64,000 nucleotides of DNA from Gemmatimonadota bacterium. Lineage in GTDB: Bacteria; Gemmatimonadota; Gemmatimonadetes; Gemmatimonadales; Gemmatimonadaceae. The notes under the pieces are model-generated. The model saw nothing but the letters and a program-made list of their open reading frames with translations, was not told the DNA's origin and did not search any database. The stretch covers positions 22,094 through 86,093 of the forward strand of contig JANMLN010000201.1 in NCBI GenBank assembly GCA_031372565.1. The letters are read 5' to 3'. A program made the translations under genes and the position numbers. Below, piece by piece: positions 61,087 to 64,000 of the stretch (positions within the stretch are counted from its first letter, which is position 1; each line of letters begins with the position of its first letter).

Positions 61087-61302
61087 CTACCCTTGTGGTG
61101 CCTGACGCGACACGATGCAGATGGGAATCGCGCTGCGCTCATAGTCAGGGAGCGACTGCTGTGTGCGCGCCCACAGCTCGGCACTGAGCACACCAACCAA
61201 TGCGACACGCTCGGATGGCGTGCCACCGACACGGCTGTCCCCCGCTTCGGAACTCCGGAGCGGCACCAGTCGAACAGTCATGTGGCGGCGGGCGGTGGTC
61301 AT
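61087..61302 (-). CDS. Small hypothetical protein, probable partner/antitoxin of the nucleotidyltransferase
   Basis: 71 aa, TPSERV.LV..LS..LW; 5 nt upstream of the NTase; TAGATT 6 nt before the ATG. Confidence 0.6.
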   Translation of the reverse strand: MTTARRHMTVRLVPLRSSEAGDSRVGGTPSERVALVGVLSAELWARTQQSLPDYERSAIPICIVSRQAPQG

Positions 61303-61382
61303 GCGTGGAATCTACCGTCGGACTGGGCGCGAGAAGAGAGGAGAGTAGGCGGTGGTGAGGCTGGACAGGGCAAGCGTCGCCG

Positions 61383-64000
61383 CTACCTCTGCGCCTGCTG
61401 CGCCCGCCCAATCTCCGCGGCGAAATTGCGCACCACCACCACCCGCGGGAAACGCGTCTGGCGCACGAACACCACCGTGCCGTCGGGGCCCACATCGAAC
61501 GGGGCGTGCACGGCATCGTCGCTCGCGAACTCGGCGCCAAGCAGTTCCCGCGTGCTTCCCACCTTCACGCCCGCCGCGAGATCGACCATCGTGGCCACCA
61601 ACCCGGTTGGCGTGTAGTAGTAGAGGCTCCGGCCGTCGCGGGCCCACACCGGCGCGAGGCCGCCCGCGCGGTCGATGCGCACCTGCGCACCGGGGCCGGG
61701 GAAGGGTGCGACGTACACATGCCGCGGCGCATCGGCGCTGAACGCGATCCATCGCCCATCGGGCGAGAAGCGGGCACCGGTCACCGTGCCACCAGCATCG
61801 GTGTTCACATGGGGCAACGTGCGCACCGTGCTGTCACCACGTGTCCACCAGAGCAACCCTTGCGCGAGTTCGACGGCGTCGTTCTGGACACGGCCCAGCA
61901 GCGTCTTCCCGTCGGGCGCGAGCACCACTTCGTACACCGCGCGCCTCCCTCGCAGAAGCATGGTATCGGCACCGCTGCCATCCGCCGTGCGCAGCATCGC
62001 ACTCCGCAACGAGTCGGTGAGCGACCGGAACAGGATGCTCCGACCGTCGGGGGTCCACTCGGCGCGATCGCGTCCGGCTTGTTGGTCCTGTCCCGCCAGC
62101 GGCGAGAAGAATCCGTTGGACTGGTCGAGAACACTGAGCGAGCGGCGACGCGTCACACTGTCACTGATGGTCACCACGAGGCGACGCCCGTCGGGCGAAA
62201 ACCGCGGATGTTCGAAGGCCAGCGTATCGGGTAGTGCCGAGGAGAGTCGGCCCTGTGCATCACGATATGTCAGCAGCCCGGCGCTGCTCTCATTGACGTA
62301 CACCAGGTCGCCCGACGGAGACATCACCGCGTAGCCGAGTCCGAACCCCGTCGGATTCATCTTCACGCCGTCGCCCATCCGTTCGCCGGGGCCGGTGACG
62401 GTGAGCGCGCGTGCATCGAAGGGCGCCGCGAAGAGGTCCCCGGTACGATTCAGGTAGACCAGATGCCCGCGGGCGACGCCAACCACCGCGTAGGCGTCGG
62501 TTCCCACGTCGGTGACCTTCCCATCGGCCAGTGACAACGCGAGCACGCGAACCGAGTCGCCTGTGCGGTGGTTGGCCGCGAAGAGCACCACGTTCGATGC
62601 CTCAAGCGCGACGGGCCACCGTGCCGCAGCGCCCGCCGGCGCCGCGGCGAGTGCGCGGGGCACCCCGCCCGTTTCCTTGACCGCGAACAGCGAGTCGGAC
62701 TGCACGGCGTATACGATCTCGCCACCCGACGTCCACGCGATCCCCTGCGGCTGCACGGGCAGCGTAGCGAGGCGGATCGGATTGCCGCCCGTCACGGCGA
62801 CCTTGAAGAGCTGACGCGCGACCGCGAAGGCAATCCAGCGACCATCCGGGGAGAACGTCGGCTCGATGCCGTTGATGCTCCCGGCAATGGGCGTCATCTC
62901 CAGCTGATCGAGCTGGCGGACGAACAGCTGCGCTCCGCGGTTGGCGTCGGCTCGCCATAGCACCAACGTGCGGCCATCGGGGGAGAGCGCCAAGAGCCGG
63001 TTCTGGGTGACGTACGTGCTCTTCCCCTCGATGGTGAAGCGCGTCACGACCTCGGCGGACGATGCCCCGTTGCCACTTCGTCGCATCACCATCCACGTCG
63101 CGCCGACGGCGGTGGCCGCGATCGCGACGGCGCCCATCAGCGTGATTGCCAACGAACGCGCGCGGATACCGCGCGCCGGCGCCGTCGTCGCACCGCTGCT
63201 CCGCGCGCCACTAGTGGTTGCGAGCGCCGTCGCGAATTCCGCCGCACTCGCCTGCCGATCGGCCGGCAGCTTCGCCAGCGCCGTAAGCACGGCCTGCTCC
63301 ACGTTGGCCGGAATCGAATTCCGCACGCGCGACGGCGGCTCGGCCTCGCTCGACAACACACGCGCCACAATCGCCTGCACGCTCGCACCCGTGAACGGCG
63401 GCGCACCGGTGAGCATCTCGTACACCACTGTACCGAGCGCGTAGATGTCACTGCGCGCATCGATGGTGCGTTCGCCCATCGCCTGCTCGGGGCTCATGTA
63501 CTGCGGCGTGCCGAGCGAGAGCCCCGTTTGCGTCATGCGCGCACCGCCGGCGCTCTGCACGGCGAGCGCGATGCCGAAGTCGGCGACGAGCGCACTGCCA
63601 TCGTGCAGGAGAATGTTCTCCGGCTTGATGTCGCGATGAATCACGTTCTGCCGGTGTGCGTAATCGAGTGCACTCGCGACTTCGCGCGCGATGCGCACGG
63701 CGTCGGCGATGGGCAACTGGCGCTCGGCCTCCAACCGCGCGCGCAGCGTTTCGCCAGTCACGAGCGGCATGACGTAGTACAGCAGCCCGTCGGCGTCGCC
63801 GCTGTCGAGCAGGGGCAAAATGTGCGGATGCTGCAAGCGCGCGGTCGTGCGGATCTCGGAGAGAAAACGTTCGCCGCCCAGCGCTGCACCAAGATCCGGA
63901 TGCAGCACTTTGATGGCGACATCACGATCGTGCTTGAGATCGTGCGCGAGGTACACGGTGGCCATGCCGCCGGCGCCGAGTTCGCGCTCGATGGTGTAGC
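61383..64000 (-). CDS. Membrane Ser/Thr protein kinase with beta-propeller ectodomain (copy 4; 5' end beyond the window)
   Basis: Frame open to 64000 (YTIERELGAGGMATVY...); kinase motifs; one TM; SPDG repeats. Confidence 0.95.
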   Translation of the reverse strand, partial: YTIERELGAGGMATVYLAHDLKHDRDVAIKVLHPDLGAALGGERFLSEIRTTARLQHPHILPLLDSGDADGLLYYVMPLVTGETLRARLEAERQLPIADAVRIAREVASALDYAHRQNVIHRDIKPENILLHDGSALVADFGIALAVQSAGGARMTQTGLSLGTPQYMSPEQAMGERTIDARSDIYALGTVVYEMLTGAPPFTGASVQAIVARVLSSEAEPPSRVRNSIPANVEQAVLTALAKLPADRQASAAEFATALATTSGARSSGATTAPARGIRARSLAITLMGAVAIAATAVGATWMVMRRSGNGASSAEVVTRFTIEGKSTYVTQNRLLALSPDGRTLVLWRADANRGAQLFVRQLDQLEMTPIAGSINGIEPTFSPDGRWIAFAVARQLFKVAVTGGNPIRLATLPVQPQGIAWTSGGEIVYAVQSDSLFAVKETGGVPRALAAAPAGAAARWPVALEASNVVLFAANHRTGDSVRVLALSLADGKVTDVGTDAYAVVGVARGHLVYLNRTGDLFAAPFDARALTVTGPGERMGDGVKMNPTGFGLGYAVMSPSGDLVYVNESSAGLLTYRDAQGRLSSALPDTLAFEHPRFSPDGRRLVVTISDSVTRRRSLSVLDQSNGFFSPLAGQDQQAGRDRAEWTPDGRSILFRSLTDSLRSAMLRTADGSGADTMLLRGRRAVYEVVLAPDGKTLLGRVQNDAVELAQGLLWWTRGDSTVRTLPHVNTDAGGTVTGARFSPDGRWIAFSADAPRHVYVAPFPGPGAQVRIDRAGGLAPVWARDGRSLYYYTPTGLVATMVDLAAGVKVGSTRELLGAEFASDDAVHAPFDVGPDGTVVFVRQTRFPRVVVVRNFAAEIGRAQQAQR

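Noticed and set aside
51124..64000. Integron or diversity-generating retroelement explaining the array
   Set aside because: No integrase or reverse transcriptase in the window, no convincing attC sites, and no adenine-specific template/variable repeat pair seen

Overview
High-GC bacterial chromosome segment; gene content and style suggest Gemmatimonadota (inference, not verified). No rRNA, tRNA or CRISPR array is visible. (1) 1-11.5 kb: a minus-strand cell-surface locus. It encodes a beta-helix/RCC1-repeat protein, a lipoprotein alpha/beta-hydrolase with an Asn at the nucleophile position, a TonB-dependent receptor, and three lipoproteins carrying four cohesin-like domains. A dockerin-like motif begins at the window edge, in a gene the ORF track missed. 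(2) 11.6-50.4 kb: mostly housekeeping genes: late menaquinone steps (ubiE/ubiD/ubiA/ubiX-like), an ECF sigma/anti-sigma module, MATE, Mrp, DHH phosphoesterase, amino-acid permease, guaB, a five-gene peptidoglycan-remodelling cluster, gpmI-queD-mobA-dacB-moeA, ETF plus an Fe-S oxidoreductase and an acyl-CoA dehydrogenase. This part also holds a vapBC module and five copies of a 30-bp REP-like repeat, one of them in-frame inside a CDS. (3) 50.4-64 kb: an IS remnant followed by a tandem array of at least four membrane Ser/Thr kinases with near-identical kinase domains and divergent beta-propeller ectodomains. Each of the three complete kinases sits directly behind a different toxin-antitoxin-type module with an apparently leaderless promoter. 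The two strongest candidates for undescribed systems are the cohesin/dockerin lipoprotein-TonB receptor locus and the [antitoxin-toxin-receptor kinase] cassette array.
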